Assembly: GCA_031549365.1 (NCBI GenBank)
Contig: JAVBPX010000001.1
Span: 137,157 to 201,156 of the forward strand
DNA: 64,000 nt
Reading direction: 5' to 3'
From: Alphaproteobacteria bacterium
GTDB taxonomy: Bacteria > Pseudomonadota > Alphaproteobacteria > Rs-D84
Shown: one piece after another, positions 41,259-51,579 of the stretch
Numbering within the stretch: the stretch's first letter is position 1
Layout of the letters: each line of letters starts with the position of its first letter
Position numbers and translations under genes: made by a program
Notes under the pieces: model-generated
What the model saw: only the letters and a program-made list of their open reading frames with translations
Databases searched by the model: none
What the model was told of the DNA's origin: nothing

Positions 41259-41993
41259 ATGTATAACGCAACAGTCAAAAGTATTCGAGAATTACATCCA
41301 GATTTACGCGTATTTAAAATCGCAATGAATGATGGGGCATCGTTAAATTTTACTCCTGGCCAGTTCAGCACATTGGGATTAATCGGGAATGATGGTAATA
41401 TGATTATGCGGGCTTATTCAATCGCGTCAAATCCGGCCAATGCGGAAGTCGAATTTTTCATTGTTAAAAAACACGATGGTCTATTTACCCCAAAATTATT
41501 TGAATTAAAAGTCGGCGACCAAATATTTATGAATCCACGCTGTGTTGGGCACATGTCTTTGTCCCACGTGCCAGAAACCACGGATATGTTGTGGGTTGCC
41601 ACGGGAACTGGCATTGTGCCGTTTATGTCATTATTGCGTTCGGTCCCAAATATCTGCGAGAACCGCAAGGTTGTATTAATTTATGGAGCGCGCCAAGTTC
41701 ACGATTTGGGATACATGGACGAATTAAATAAATTCCAAAAGGATTTTCCGAATTTTCACTTTTTCCCAATCGCATCCCGCGAAGAATTAAATGGCCGCAT
41801 TGGACGCGTAAATATTATATTTGATTTGCCCGAATTTAAATCGATTTTTCCGGTTATTTCGCCCGATTCCATGCATATTTTCATGTGCGGATCGGTTGCA
41901 ATGATTAATGATCATGCTGATAATTTTCAAAAAATCGGATTTGTTTTGGATACCCCGATAAACCCAGGTCAATTACACATAGAGAAATATTAA
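41259..41993 (+). CDS. fpr: Ferredoxin--NADP+ reductase
   Basis: PGQF, RAYSIAS, ATGTG, MCG, C-terminal EKY. Confidence 0.88.
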   Translation: MYNATVKSIRELHPDLRVFKIAMNDGASLNFTPGQFSTLGLIGNDGNMIMRAYSIASNPANAEVEFFIVKKHDGLFTPKLFELKVGDQIFMNPRCVGHMSLSHVPETTDMLWVATGTGIVPFMSLLRSVPNICENRKVVLIYGARQVHDLGYMDELNKFQKDFPNFHFFPIASREELNGRIGRVNIIFDLPEFKSIFPVISPDSMHIFMCGSVAMINDHADNFQKIGFVLDTPINPGQLHIEKY

Positions 41994-42002
41994 AAATAAA
42001 AC

Positions 42003-43082
42003 ATGCGATTAAAACCCAGAATTTTAACCAGATTTCTTGCATCCCATTTCATGCGGAGCTTTTTTGGCGTCGTCGGCGTTGTGTGCGGAATAACACTAAC
42101 AATTGCATTTATTGAAAACTTGAATCGAATTGATACTTTTACCGACGCCCTGCAATTCAGCATTTTGCAGCTGTTGGAATGGACCCCTATATTTTTACCG
42201 TTGGTAGTATTTATGGCTACATTAATGACGACATGGAAATTAACGCGATCATCTGAAATTCCAATTATTCAGGGCGCCGGACTGTCCCCTTTTCAATGGA
42301 TGACTCCTTTTATATATTCGGCATTATTTTTAGGGCTATTTGCCAGCATGATTTTAAATCCAATGACTGTTCGTTTGGGAAAAACTTGGCAAACACACGA
42401 TAACGAAATGACCCAACAAATGATGTTGATTGATGATGCGATCTGGATTCGTGAACAAACCCCAACGTCCAGCTTGGTTTTACAGGCGAAAAGCGCAACA
42501 ACTAAAAAAAATCAGATGACCTTCCGCAATGTATTAATGTTAGTCCAGGACGAAAATGCCGCACTGATAAACCGCATCGAAGCAAAAAGTGTGATATTGG
42601 ATAATGGAAAATTCACAGCAAATAATCCAACTGTGTATGACACAAAAAACAATATTCAAAACCCAAAAACATGGACCATTCCTTCTGTTATGACGCCCGA
42701 TCATATTTATGACAGATATTTAAAGCCAACCGAAGTTGATTTCTGGAAATTACCAAAATTCATATCTGGGCTGCAAATGACCGGCATTAATACTCGCGCA
42801 CACTTGGTTCATTTTTATACTTTGTTGTTCCAGCCGTTAATGTTTATTTCGATGGTAATTCTTGGGATGGCGTTTTCCATGACACGATCAATGCGATCAC
42901 ACGCATTCGGCATTAAAATCAGCGCCGGAGTTTTAACCAGTTTTATATTATATTTTTTAACAAATGTGTTCAGCGCGTTGGGAATATCGGGCATAATGCC
43001 TGAAATTTTGGCGGTTATGGCGCCTCCGTTAATTGTTTCATTCTTTGCAGGCGCATTTATATTGTATTTCGATGATTTATAA
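42003..43082 (+). CDS. LptF/LptG family LPS export permease
   Basis: 3+3 TM layout, SE..I.QGAGLS, periplasmic beta domain (W.RE). Confidence 0.85.
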   Translation: MRLKPRILTRFLASHFMRSFFGVVGVVCGITLTIAFIENLNRIDTFTDALQFSILQLLEWTPIFLPLVVFMATLMTTWKLTRSSEIPIIQGAGLSPFQWMTPFIYSALFLGLFASMILNPMTVRLGKTWQTHDNEMTQQMMLIDDAIWIREQTPTSSLVLQAKSATTKKNQMTFRNVLMLVQDENAALINRIEAKSVILDNGKFTANNPTVYDTKNNIQNPKTWTIPSVMTPDHIYDRYLKPTEVDFWKLPKFISGLQMTGINTRAHLVHFYTLLFQPLMFISMVILGMAFSMTRSMRSHAFGIKISAGVLTSFILYFLTNVFSALGISGIMPEILAVMAPPLIVSFFAGAFILYFDDL

Positions 43083-43152
43083 TAAAAAGATTGCAACCCC
43101 CGCCAAATTCAGGTATAATAGCCTGGTTAGGAAGTAAACAAGGGAGACACCT

Positions 43153-43902
43153 ATGCCAAACGATTTCGAAACGTTAAACGACAACGATCTGTTGGATTTG
43201 GACGACACTTTTGCCACCGATGCAAATGATGATTTATTCCAAGACGATCCATTCCAACCTGCATGCAAACCGGAAAAACAAAAATCTGGGCCACGTCGTC
43301 CTTGGGTTTTAGTATTGATTTGTTTAATCGTTGGCGCACTGGTCAGTTATATTGTGTTCAAGGTTGCAACTCCATCACATCATTCTGAATCCGCCACAAT
43401 TTCAGTTACAAATCCTGAACCGACTGCTGATTCTCAAACTTTTGGTGATCAGGCTGAAAATTTATTGGTTCAGCCAAAAGATTCTGATGGGATTCCACAA
43501 CGTGTCGTTAACGATGTAAAACCTGTTGAATTTAAACCAGACGCCGCACCAGTTGTAACAAAGCCGAAACCATTGCCAACGACTACGACGACATCAGCCA
43601 CAACAACAGCGACATCAACTGTAAAGGCCGCGACAGCAACAATATCAGGCAAATGGCAAGTTCAGCTGATTTCATTGTCCAGCCAAAAAGCTGTGGAACA
43701 AGAACGCGCCCGCTTACAATCAAAACATCCGAATTTATTCAGTGGTAAAAATTTGACCATTACGGAAAAAACATTGCCTGGTGGCAAAATCACATACAGA
43801 CTGCGCGTTGATGGATTCGCGGAACAATCTTCGGCTGACGCATTTTGTAGACAAGCAAAACAAAACGGAATTGACTGTTATGTCGTTCCACAAAACAGAT
43901 AA
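43153..43902 (+). CDS. SPOR-domain membrane protein
   Basis: One TM, Thr/Pro linker, WQVQL.S...YRLRV.GF...A..FC...C. Confidence 0.88.
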   Translation: MPNDFETLNDNDLLDLDDTFATDANDDLFQDDPFQPACKPEKQKSGPRRPWVLVLICLIVGALVSYIVFKVATPSHHSESATISVTNPEPTADSQTFGDQAENLLVQPKDSDGIPQRVVNDVKPVEFKPDAAPVVTKPKPLPTTTTTSATTTATSTVKAATATISGKWQVQLISLSSQKAVEQERARLQSKHPNLFSGKNLTITEKTLPGGKITYRLRVDGFAEQSSADAFCRQAKQNGIDCYVVPQNR

Positions 43903-43913
43903 GCGAGGATAAA

Positions 43914-44159
43914 ATGAGACCTGGATTTTGGGAACTATTATTAATAATTGTATTGGTATTATTATTGTTTGGGCATAATAAAATTCCAGCGATGATGAAA
44001 AACATCGCCGAGGGTTTAAATGTGTTCAAATCCGAATTAAACAAAGATAAAAAACCGGCTGAAAAACAGGTTGTTGCTGAAAAAAAAGTTGCGACCAAAG
44101 CTGTTAAACCGGCCGTAAAAAAAACAGTTAAAAAAACAACTGCGAAAAAAAGAAAATAA
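43914..44159 (+). CDS. tatA: Twin-arginine translocase TatA
   Basis: G.WELLLIIVLVLLLFG..KIP....A.G...FK. Confidence 0.9.
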   Translation: MRPGFWELLLIIVLVLLLFGHNKIPAMMKNIAEGLNVFKSELNKDKKPAEKQVVAEKKVATKAVKPAVKKTVKKTTAKKRK

Positions 44160-46460
44160 TTGGGGGATTGTCTGGTGCAGGAACGTCAACCGTTTTTCCC
44201 ACCCGAGCTTGCTCTATTTCTCCGCCAACTGATTACCAGGATTGGCGGACTTTTTTTCATGCTGATGGGAATTTTCTTTTTTGTTGCGTTAATCGGATAT
44301 GACTCGACGATTGCATCATTGGATGTTGCATCAACATGGACACACCGTGCGATTATGGGACAGTTTTGGAATTCCACTGTTGAATTATGTTTGCAGAGTT
44401 TTGGCGTACTATCATCCGTTTTTTTTGGATTTGTTTTAATTCGCATGGGATATATGCTGTTACGTTTACGCGAATGGGCTATGCCAGAATTCACTTTGAT
44501 GTTAACATTGTTAACTATATTTTTTGGCGCAACCACTGTCGGATTAATTTCTCCAGATGGATTTGGCGGCGGATTAATTGGACATATTGTTGCAGCAGAT
44601 ATTGGTCAAATACTGCCATCTATTTTTTTAATCGTTTTGGGATTAGTGTCGTTTGGATTGTTTTGCTATACCGGATTTTACGCATTACATTTACGCCGCG
44701 ATCATATTGTAAAAACAATTGGATTAATTGCATCATCATATCGTTGGATTGTAAATTCATTTAAACCAATCGATTCTAATTTTAATCCGATGAACATTGA
44801 TGAAAACGAAATCATCGAACAAGACCAAGAAACCTCCGAAAACGTCGATAAAAAGCCATCATTGTTATCCCGACTGGTTGATAAAAAAGCCAAAGAGCCC
44901 GTTAAAAAAACCGAACCGAAAAAAGAACCAATAACAATTAAACCGAAACCTGGTAAAAATTTCCAATTTCCACCTTTGTCATTATTGGTGCGCGGGGAAA
45001 ATGCCAAGCAAAACATAACCGCCCAACATAAACAGAGCGCCGAAATGTTGGAAACATTTCTGGAAGAATTCGGCGTCCGAGGATCTGTCAAAAGAATCAA
45101 ACCCGGGCCTGTTGTTACATTATACGAATTCGAACCCGCGCCTGGGACAAAAACATCAAAAATCGTTGCTTCCGCCGAAGATATTGCCCGTTCAATGGCG
45201 TCGTCCAGCATTCGTATGGCTGTTATCCCCGGCACAAACGTTATCGGTGTTGAATTGCCAAATTTAAATCGCCAGACCGTATATTTTCAACGATTAATTG
45301 CGAACCCAATATTTCAACAGTCAAAAATGGCAATGCCTATTGCATTGGGGGATGATATTGGTGGGGAATCTGTTTATGTTGATTTGGCAAAAATGCCGCA
45401 TTTAATGATTGCGGGACGTACGGGTTCCGGGAAATCAGTGTTTATGCGTTCTATTATTTTGTCGCTATTGTATAAATTCACGCCCGATGAATGTAAATTA
45501 ATTATGATTGATCCAAAAATGCTGGAATTCGCAGACTGGAACGACATTCCGCATTTATTAACTCCTGTTGTAACCGATCCGCAAAAGGCCGTAAATACAT
45601 TGAAATGGGCCGTGCGCGAAATGGAGGATCGCTATCGTAAAATGTCTAAGCTCGGGGTCAAAGATTTGGCTGGATACAATGAAAAAACCGCTGAATTGCG
45701 TCAAGAAGGCAAAGTTGTTACAACACGCGTTCAAACTGGAATTGATCCGGAAACCGGGGATATTTTATTCGAAGATCGCCCGATTGATTTATCGCCAATG
45801 CCTTATTTGGTTGTGATCATCGATGAAATGGCTGATTTAATGCTGGTTGCCGGCAAAGAAGTCGAAGCTTCCGTTCAACGTTTGGCCCAAATGGCGCGTG
45901 CCGCCGGAATCCATGTTGTTATTGCAACACAACGTCCATCCGTCAACGTTATTACCGGTGTTATCAAGGCCAATTTCCCAACACGTATCAGTTTCCAAAC
46001 CACATCTGCAATCGACAGCCGCACGATTTTGGACCGCCAAGGGGCCGAATTATTATTGGATCATGGAGATATGTTATATATGGCCGCGGGTCGAAATCCA
46101 ATCCGCGTTCACGCCGCGTTCATCAGCGAAAAGGAAGGCCAAGCCGTTGCAACATTTTTACGGGATCAAGAAAAACCCGAATACCGTATGAATATTGGTG
46201 ATGATGATAATGAAATGGAGCCATCGCTGGTTGATAAAACGTTGCGCTCTGGATCATCAGAATCACGCGATGATGATTTATACCGCCAAGCAATCGAATG
46301 TGTTGTCAAGAGCAATAAGCCCAGTATCAGTTACGTTCAACGCTGTTTACGTATCGGCTATAATCGTGCAGCCACATTGATTGAAAGAATGGAAGCCGAG
46401 GGAATTATTTCCCCGCCCGATGCGACCCAAAAACGGCATGTCCTACGCAAGGATGGTTAA
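44160..46460 (+). CDS. ftsK: DNA translocase FtsK
   Basis: N-terminal TMs, GPVVTLYE, PHLMIAGRTGSGKS, DEMADLM, ATQRPS, gamma domain IGYNRAA. Confidence 0.96.
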   Translation: MGDCLVQERQPFFPPELALFLRQLITRIGGLFFMLMGIFFFVALIGYDSTIASLDVASTWTHRAIMGQFWNSTVELCLQSFGVLSSVFFGFVLIRMGYMLLRLREWAMPEFTLMLTLLTIFFGATTVGLISPDGFGGGLIGHIVAADIGQILPSIFLIVLGLVSFGLFCYTGFYALHLRRDHIVKTIGLIASSYRWIVNSFKPIDSNFNPMNIDENEIIEQDQETSENVDKKPSLLSRLVDKKAKEPVKKTEPKKEPITIKPKPGKNFQFPPLSLLVRGENAKQNITAQHKQSAEMLETFLEEFGVRGSVKRIKPGPVVTLYEFEPAPGTKTSKIVASAEDIARSMASSSIRMAVIPGTNVIGVELPNLNRQTVYFQRLIANPIFQQSKMAMPIALGDDIGGESVYVDLAKMPHLMIAGRTGSGKSVFMRSIILSLLYKFTPDECKLIMIDPKMLEFADWNDIPHLLTPVVTDPQKAVNTLKWAVREMEDRYRKMSKLGVKDLAGYNEKTAELRQEGKVVTTRVQTGIDPETGDILFEDRPIDLSPMPYLVVIIDEMADLMLVAGKEVEASVQRLAQMARAAGIHVVIATQRPSVNVITGVIKANFPTRISFQTTSAIDSRTILDRQGAELLLDHGDMLYMAAGRNPIRVHAAFISEKEGQAVATFLRDQEKPEYRMNIGDDDNEMEPSLVDKTLRSGSSESRDDDLYRQAIECVVKSNKPSISYVQRCLRIGYNRAATLIERMEAEGIISPPDATQKRHVLRKDG

Positions 46461-46878
46461 TTCGGTGATTGGCACGAAACCAATCGGCTGAATCCCACAC
46501 AATATAATCCGACATTGTTTTAAAAAATCCAATGTTTTTCAAATGCTTGACTTTTGACCAATCAATTTCAATTTTTGTATTCGGTTCGCCAAAACGCATA
46601 TTGTCATACGCACATTTCATTGAAATACCTCGCCCGGCATCAACCAATTTTAAATCAACTTTTTCGCAATTTTTATTTTTTAAACGATTTTCGTAATTTG
46701 TACATTTTTTGGTTTTTAAGTCCAAACTATCACATGCTAGTGTTGTCATGAACAGCAAACCTGTGCTGGCGTCACGAATTTTGCACAGGCAACAAATGCC
46801 GCATGCATTGCAAATACTCTCCCATTCAATATCAGATAAATTTTCCATATTTAAATTTTTTATATTAATGTTTTCCAT
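46405..46878 (-). CDS. YcgN/YkgJ family Cys-cluster protein (copy 2)
   Basis: WESIC.ACGICCL.K, AC..LD....C..Y.NR...C, CAY. Confidence 0.8.
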   Translation of the reverse strand: MENINIKNLNMENLSDIEWESICNACGICCLCKIRDASTGLLFMTTLACDSLDLKTKKCTNYENRLKNKNCEKVDLKLVDAGRGISMKCAYDNMRFGEPNTKIEIDWSKVKHLKNIGFFKTMSDYIVWDSADWFRANHRINHPCVGHAVFGSHRAGK

Positions 46879-47306
46879 TATATCCCTCGAAAATAATCAA
46901 CACGATCAATTACAAAATCCACCAACGTTTTCCCATGCGGGATATCCCGCTCATGAATCACCCGTCCCCAATCAATTTTTGGAGATGCGCTAGATTTCCC
47001 CAACCGACGTTCAGAATAAGGACATGAACGCGGAACCAACGAACAATTATCAATCGTTTCACAACATAAATTACCACATCCTGCCTTTTGTTTGCGGCGC
47101 TCATTTTTATATGCAATACATTTTTTGGTTTTTAAATCCAAATAATTGCATGCAACCGTTGTTAAATAAACAGAATGCTCGATCGTTTTATCAAACGGAT
47201 CCGATAACAAGGTTTTGTTTAAACAACATGTACCGCAACCAACGCAAATGGTTTCCCATTCGGGGCTCCCCTTTTTTGGCATTGGATTGTGTTCAAAATT
47301 TTGCAT
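46878..47306 (-). CDS. YcgN/YkgJ family Cys-cluster protein (copy 1)
   Basis: WETIC.GCGTCCL.K, AC..LD....C..Y, P.SCPY. Confidence 0.8.
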   Translation of the reverse strand: MQNFEHNPMPKKGSPEWETICVGCGTCCLNKTLLSDPFDKTIEHSVYLTTVACNYLDLKTKKCIAYKNERRKQKAGCGNLCCETIDNCSLVPRSCPYSERRLGKSSASPKIDWGRVIHERDIPHGKTLVDFVIDRVDYFRGI

Positions 47307-47450
47307 GATTCCCCCTATTGTTCACACATATAACATAGCAAAATATTTTTATTTGTCAAGAACTAAATTAATAGATATAACATGCTCTCCACCCCTTGCA
47401 CTTTCCGTAAAATGCGCTATATTGGGTTAACGAAAAACCGAGGAATAATT

Positions 47451-49793
47451 ATGAAATATTATGTTTTACCACTCCGCGATGTTGTGATTCAGCCTGGAAT
47501 TACGATCCCATTGTTTATTGAACGCCCAACATCCATTAAAACCCTGGAATCCGCGATGGCTGACGGCGGACGTATTTTGCTGGTAACACAAAAAGATGCC
47601 GCCACTCAACGCCCCCGAGATGTTGATTTATATGGGACCGGCACCATTGCAAATATTATGCAATTGATGAAATTACCAGACCAAACTATTAAAATTTTAG
47701 TAGAAGCAATTCAGCCTATCGAATTATTGTCCGTAGACCCGGTTGATGGCATTTTAGTTGGAACTGGGAATCCAATACAATTAATTGATGATACTGGCGA
47801 CAAAACAAACGGGTTGCGCGACCGCATTATGGATGCATTAAAAATGTATGCAAAAATGCGTCGTTTTGGTGGGGACCGTTTGCGCACATTGGCAAATATG
47901 TCCAATTTATCATTATTTATTGATGCCGTAATTTCCGTATTGGGCTTATCAACTGATGCTGCAATGGAAATTTTGTCATTGCAATCATTTGAACAAAAAT
48001 TGGAATTATTGCTGATTAAAATAAACACTGAAATCGAATTGGCCCAATTGGATGAAAACATTAAAAATCGGGTCAAAGATCAAATTGAAAAAAATCAGCG
48101 AGATTTTTATTTGTCCGAAAAAATGAAGGCCATTCAAAAAGAAATGGGCGGCGATGAAGAATCCGATTTTTCAGATTTGGCTGATAAAATCGAAAAGGCA
48201 AATATGCCAAAATCCGTTCGGGACAAAGCAATGGCCGAATTAAAGAGATTGCGCCACATGCCAATGTTAAGTGCCGAGAGTTCAGTAATTCGAAATTATT
48301 TGGAAGAATTAATTTTAATCCCATGGAATAAATCCAGCGACGCTGAATTTGACATTGATAATGCCGAACAAATTTTAAATGCTGATCATGACGGTCTGGA
48401 AAAAATCAAAGACCGCATTTTAGAGCATTTAATGGTTTTGAAAAAAACAGGCAAGAGCCACGGCAGCATTTTATGCTTCGTTGGGCCTCCTGGGGTTGGA
48501 AAAACATCATTGGGTCAATCAATTGCCCGCGCAATGGGACGTGTGTACACTCGAATTTCATTGGGCGGAATCACGGACGAGGCCCATTTCCGAGGCCACC
48601 GCAAAACATACATCGGATCCCAACCGGGTCGTATAATGGATGCAATTAAACGCGCCACCGTTAACAACCCATTAATTATGTTGGATGAAATCGACAAAAT
48701 GGGACGCGATCATCGTGGGGATCCTGCATCTGCATTATTGGAAGTATTGGATCCAGAACAAAACAAATCATTCCGCGACCATTATTTAGAAGTTGATTTT
48801 GATTTATCAAATGTAATGTTCATTGCAACTGCAAATTCTTTGGATATACATCCTGCGTTGGCAGATCGTATGGAAATTATTGAATTGTCCGGTTATATCG
48901 AAGATGAAAAAATCAAAATCGCAAAAAATCATTTGATTCCTCGCGCTCTGGAACAAACCGGGTTAAAAGCTGATGATGTTAAATTCGATGACGATGCATT
49001 ACGCCATATGATTCGTTATTACACATCCGAAGCCGGGGTTCGCGAATTACAACGCCAAATTTTAACAATGTTGCGCAAATCATTACGCAATCACGTTGAT
49101 GGCATTATTAATTTTGATATTGATACGGTTGAAAAGTTATTGGGTGTTCGCAAATACAAATTCGGCATAGCCGAAGAACATGACACAATCGGCGTTGCGA
49201 ATGGGTTGTCTTGGTCCGTTGTTGGCGGAGATTTATTACAAATCGAAGCAATTACCATGCCTGGCAAGGGAAACATTCAATTAACCGGCCAATTGGGTGA
49301 TGTTATGAAGGAATCTGTTCAGATTGCAAAATCATATATCCGCGCAGGATCCACCACATTGGGAATTCATCCGGATGTATTTGAAAAAACAGATATTCAC
49401 GTTCATGCGTTAGAGGGTGCAGTCCGCAAAGACGGACCATCCGCAGGCATCACATTAACAACCGCGTTGGTGTCCAGTTTGACTGGAATTCCAATTCGTC
49501 GTGATGTTGCGATGACAGGGGAAATTTCATTGCACGGTCGCGTATTACCAATCGGTGGATTGCGCGAAAAATTATTGGGTGCACGTCGTGCCGGCATGAA
49601 CATGGTATTGATTCCGTCTGAAAATAAAAAAGATATTGCGGATATACCGGAATATATTTATTCGGGAATGGAATTGGTATTTGTTGATCATGTTGATGAT
49701 GTTTTAAAAAACGCATTGGTCCGCATGCCAGAACCAATTAATTCGTTTGTAAATACATCAAATGATGTTGCGGATAAAATATCTGCGAATTAA
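47451..49793 (+). CDS. lon: ATP-dependent protease Lon
   Basis: LPLRD, GPPGVGKTS, LDEIDK, KDGPSAG, GGLREK; GAGGA RBS before 47451. Confidence 0.97.
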   Translation: MKYYVLPLRDVVIQPGITIPLFIERPTSIKTLESAMADGGRILLVTQKDAATQRPRDVDLYGTGTIANIMQLMKLPDQTIKILVEAIQPIELLSVDPVDGILVGTGNPIQLIDDTGDKTNGLRDRIMDALKMYAKMRRFGGDRLRTLANMSNLSLFIDAVISVLGLSTDAAMEILSLQSFEQKLELLLIKINTEIELAQLDENIKNRVKDQIEKNQRDFYLSEKMKAIQKEMGGDEESDFSDLADKIEKANMPKSVRDKAMAELKRLRHMPMLSAESSVIRNYLEELILIPWNKSSDAEFDIDNAEQILNADHDGLEKIKDRILEHLMVLKKTGKSHGSILCFVGPPGVGKTSLGQSIARAMGRVYTRISLGGITDEAHFRGHRKTYIGSQPGRIMDAIKRATVNNPLIMLDEIDKMGRDHRGDPASALLEVLDPEQNKSFRDHYLEVDFDLSNVMFIATANSLDIHPALADRMEIIELSGYIEDEKIKIAKNHLIPRALEQTGLKADDVKFDDDALRHMIRYYTSEAGVRELQRQILTMLRKSLRNHVDGIINFDIDTVEKLLGVRKYKFGIAEEHDTIGVANGLSWSVVGGDLLQIEAITMPGKGNIQLTGQLGDVMKESVQIAKSYIRAGSTTLGIHPDVFEKTDIHVHALEGAVRKDGPSAGITLTTALVSSLTGIPIRRDVAMTGEISLHGRVLPIGGLREKLLGARRAGMNMVLIPSENKKDIADIPEYIYSGMELVFVDHVDDVLKNALVRMPEPINSFVNTSNDVADKISAN

Positions 49794-49843
49794 TATTTAA
49801 TTAACATTTGTTTTTAATACGGGTTTCTTGTATAATTGATTAC

Positions 49844-50341
49844 ATGAAACCCGAACTTAAACCACTTATCTTTGCATTGGTCGCCATGATTGTCGTGGTG
49901 GTTTTTAATTTGCAAATTGATAGTATAAAACCAGTTCATCCTTTGGCCGAAAATTTGGCGGCCCAGGCATTATACGTATGTCCCGTGGCCAGCAATTTTT
50001 TCGACGGATTTGCCGCCGGCATTGCACCGATGGTCAAATATTTACCAATGTTTTTATTGTTCATGGTTTTATTTATTATGTTATTGGCTGGATACGCTTT
50101 CTATCAAAATTTGGTCAAGGACAAGTTTGTCCAAAAGGATTTTGATAACGTAAAAAGCATGACTTATATTGTAATTTTCCTTGGAATTCTGGGACTTTTG
50201 CTGGTTAAAACACCAAATCATTACAGAACCGTTTATGTGGACGGCTTGACAACAAAATTTGTTTTGTGCGAGGAAAATGACCCAAAATCCCGCCCCGTTT
50301 ATTCCAATAAAATAATTCAAAATATCCCCAGAAATCCTTGA
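49844..50341 (+). CDS. Hypothetical membrane protein
   Basis: Three hydrophobic segments; ATG 7 nt after TTGTTT-17-TATAAT. Confidence 0.7.
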   Translation: MKPELKPLIFALVAMIVVVVFNLQIDSIKPVHPLAENLAAQALYVCPVASNFFDGFAAGIAPMVKYLPMFLLFMVLFIMLLAGYAFYQNLVKDKFVQKDFDNVKSMTYIVIFLGILGLLLVKTPNHYRTVYVDGLTTKFVLCEENDPKSRPVYSNKIIQNIPRNP

Positions 50342-50423
50342 CTTAATATGACCGATTCGCTATTATTAAGTCATACCAAGCATTGTGGTTGGTACTCTTT
50401 AAACTCTAACAAGGAGACTAAAA

Positions 50424-50696
50424 ATGAATAAAGCAGAATTGATTGAAGCTATTGCTAATAGCGCTGATATGACAAAAGCATCCGTTGCAAACGTATTGGA
50501 TTCTTTCGTTGAACAAGTAACAAAAACTCTGAAAAAGAAAGGCGAAGTTCGCTTGGTTGGTTTCGGAACATTTACAACTTCGAAACGCAAAGCAACAACT
50601 GGCCGTAACCCACGCACAGGCGCTGCAATTAAAATTCCAGCTTCTGTTCAGCCAAAATTCAAAGCTGGTAAAGCTTTGAAAGATGCTTTGAACTAA
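50424..50696 (+). CDS. hup: DNA-binding protein HU
   Basis: MNKAELI, GFGTF, GRNPRTG, PKFKAGK.LKD; AAGGAG RBS. Confidence 0.97.
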   Translation: MNKAELIEAIANSADMTKASVANVLDSFVEQVTKTLKKKGEVRLVGFGTFTTSKRKATTGRNPRTGAAIKIPASVQPKFKAGKALKDALN

Positions 50697-50714
50697 TAGT
50701 TTTTGCAACTTATA

Positions 50715-50748
50715 AAATAAAAGCCCGCCAATTGGTGGGTTTTTATTT
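50715..50748 (+). terminator. Intrinsic terminator after HU
   Basis: AAAAGCCCGCCA-AT-TGGTGGGTTTTT. Confidence 0.75.
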
Positions 50749-50995
50749 GCTCAATCTCTGGGGCATGTCATTTCTGTATATGTTGGAATTCCGGCTAATA
50801 ATCTCTTGCCTCACGACATCATCATTGTTAATTGCAGGAAAACATTCTGTTTGCTCCGAAATTAACAAACAAAGTAACAATCATATATCGGAAAATATTT
50901 AGAGAGTGCACACAATCATTACGATTAAAAAACATCCGGGAAAATGTTAAATTTTCGCCGGATGCAACATCAATTAAATTAAATAAATTTTTTAT

Positions 50996-51511
50996 TTACT
51001 TTTCTTCGGGGATCGCAGGAACAAAAGTCTTGTAATCAACGTTTTTGATTTCGGATGGCAATGATTTTTTATCCAATTCATGCCAAACCTGGGTGCGACC
51101 GAATGGTCCGATTTTTCCACGAACATTTAATGTATCGTTTTCGCCTTCCCATAATTCGCATTTATAAATTGATCCTTTTTTTGGATCCATAATGCGGCCA
51201 CCGGAATAACGATCATCGTCATCTTTCTCTACCATATCCCAAATGATATCCAAACCAACCATGAATGGTTCGCCCTTGACCTTGTCCGCGCGATGTGTTG
51301 GTTTTTTAATTGTATCTTTGATTGTGCCGTCGGTATTATAAGTTAACAAAATACGACCATACACTTTGTTTTGATATTCATATACCGCAACGATTGATTT
51401 TGGGGAATTTGTTTCGTCATCGATTGTTTGATAAAATCCGTCGATGGCAAACGCTGGCATTGCCAAAACAGTCGCCAATGCAATCCCGCCAATTAATGAT
51501 TTATATGTCAT
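50996..51511 (-). CDS. DUF2147 family exported protein
   Basis: Signal peptide, TIDDET..KSIV, GG.I.DPK.G..Y, VRG.IG.FGRTQ.W. Confidence 0.88.
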   Translation of the reverse strand: MTYKSLIGGIALATVLAMPAFAIDGFYQTIDDETNSPKSIVAVYEYQNKVYGRILLTYNTDGTIKDTIKKPTHRADKVKGEPFMVGLDIIWDMVEKDDDDRYSGGRIMDPKKGSIYKCELWEGENDTLNVRGKIGPFGRTQVWHELDKKSLPSEIKNVDYKTFVPAIPEEK

Positions 51512-51579
51512 TATATACTCCTTTTGTGTTATAATTGACGGGTTCAGTTTACAAAATTAAAACCATGGAATCAATATAA

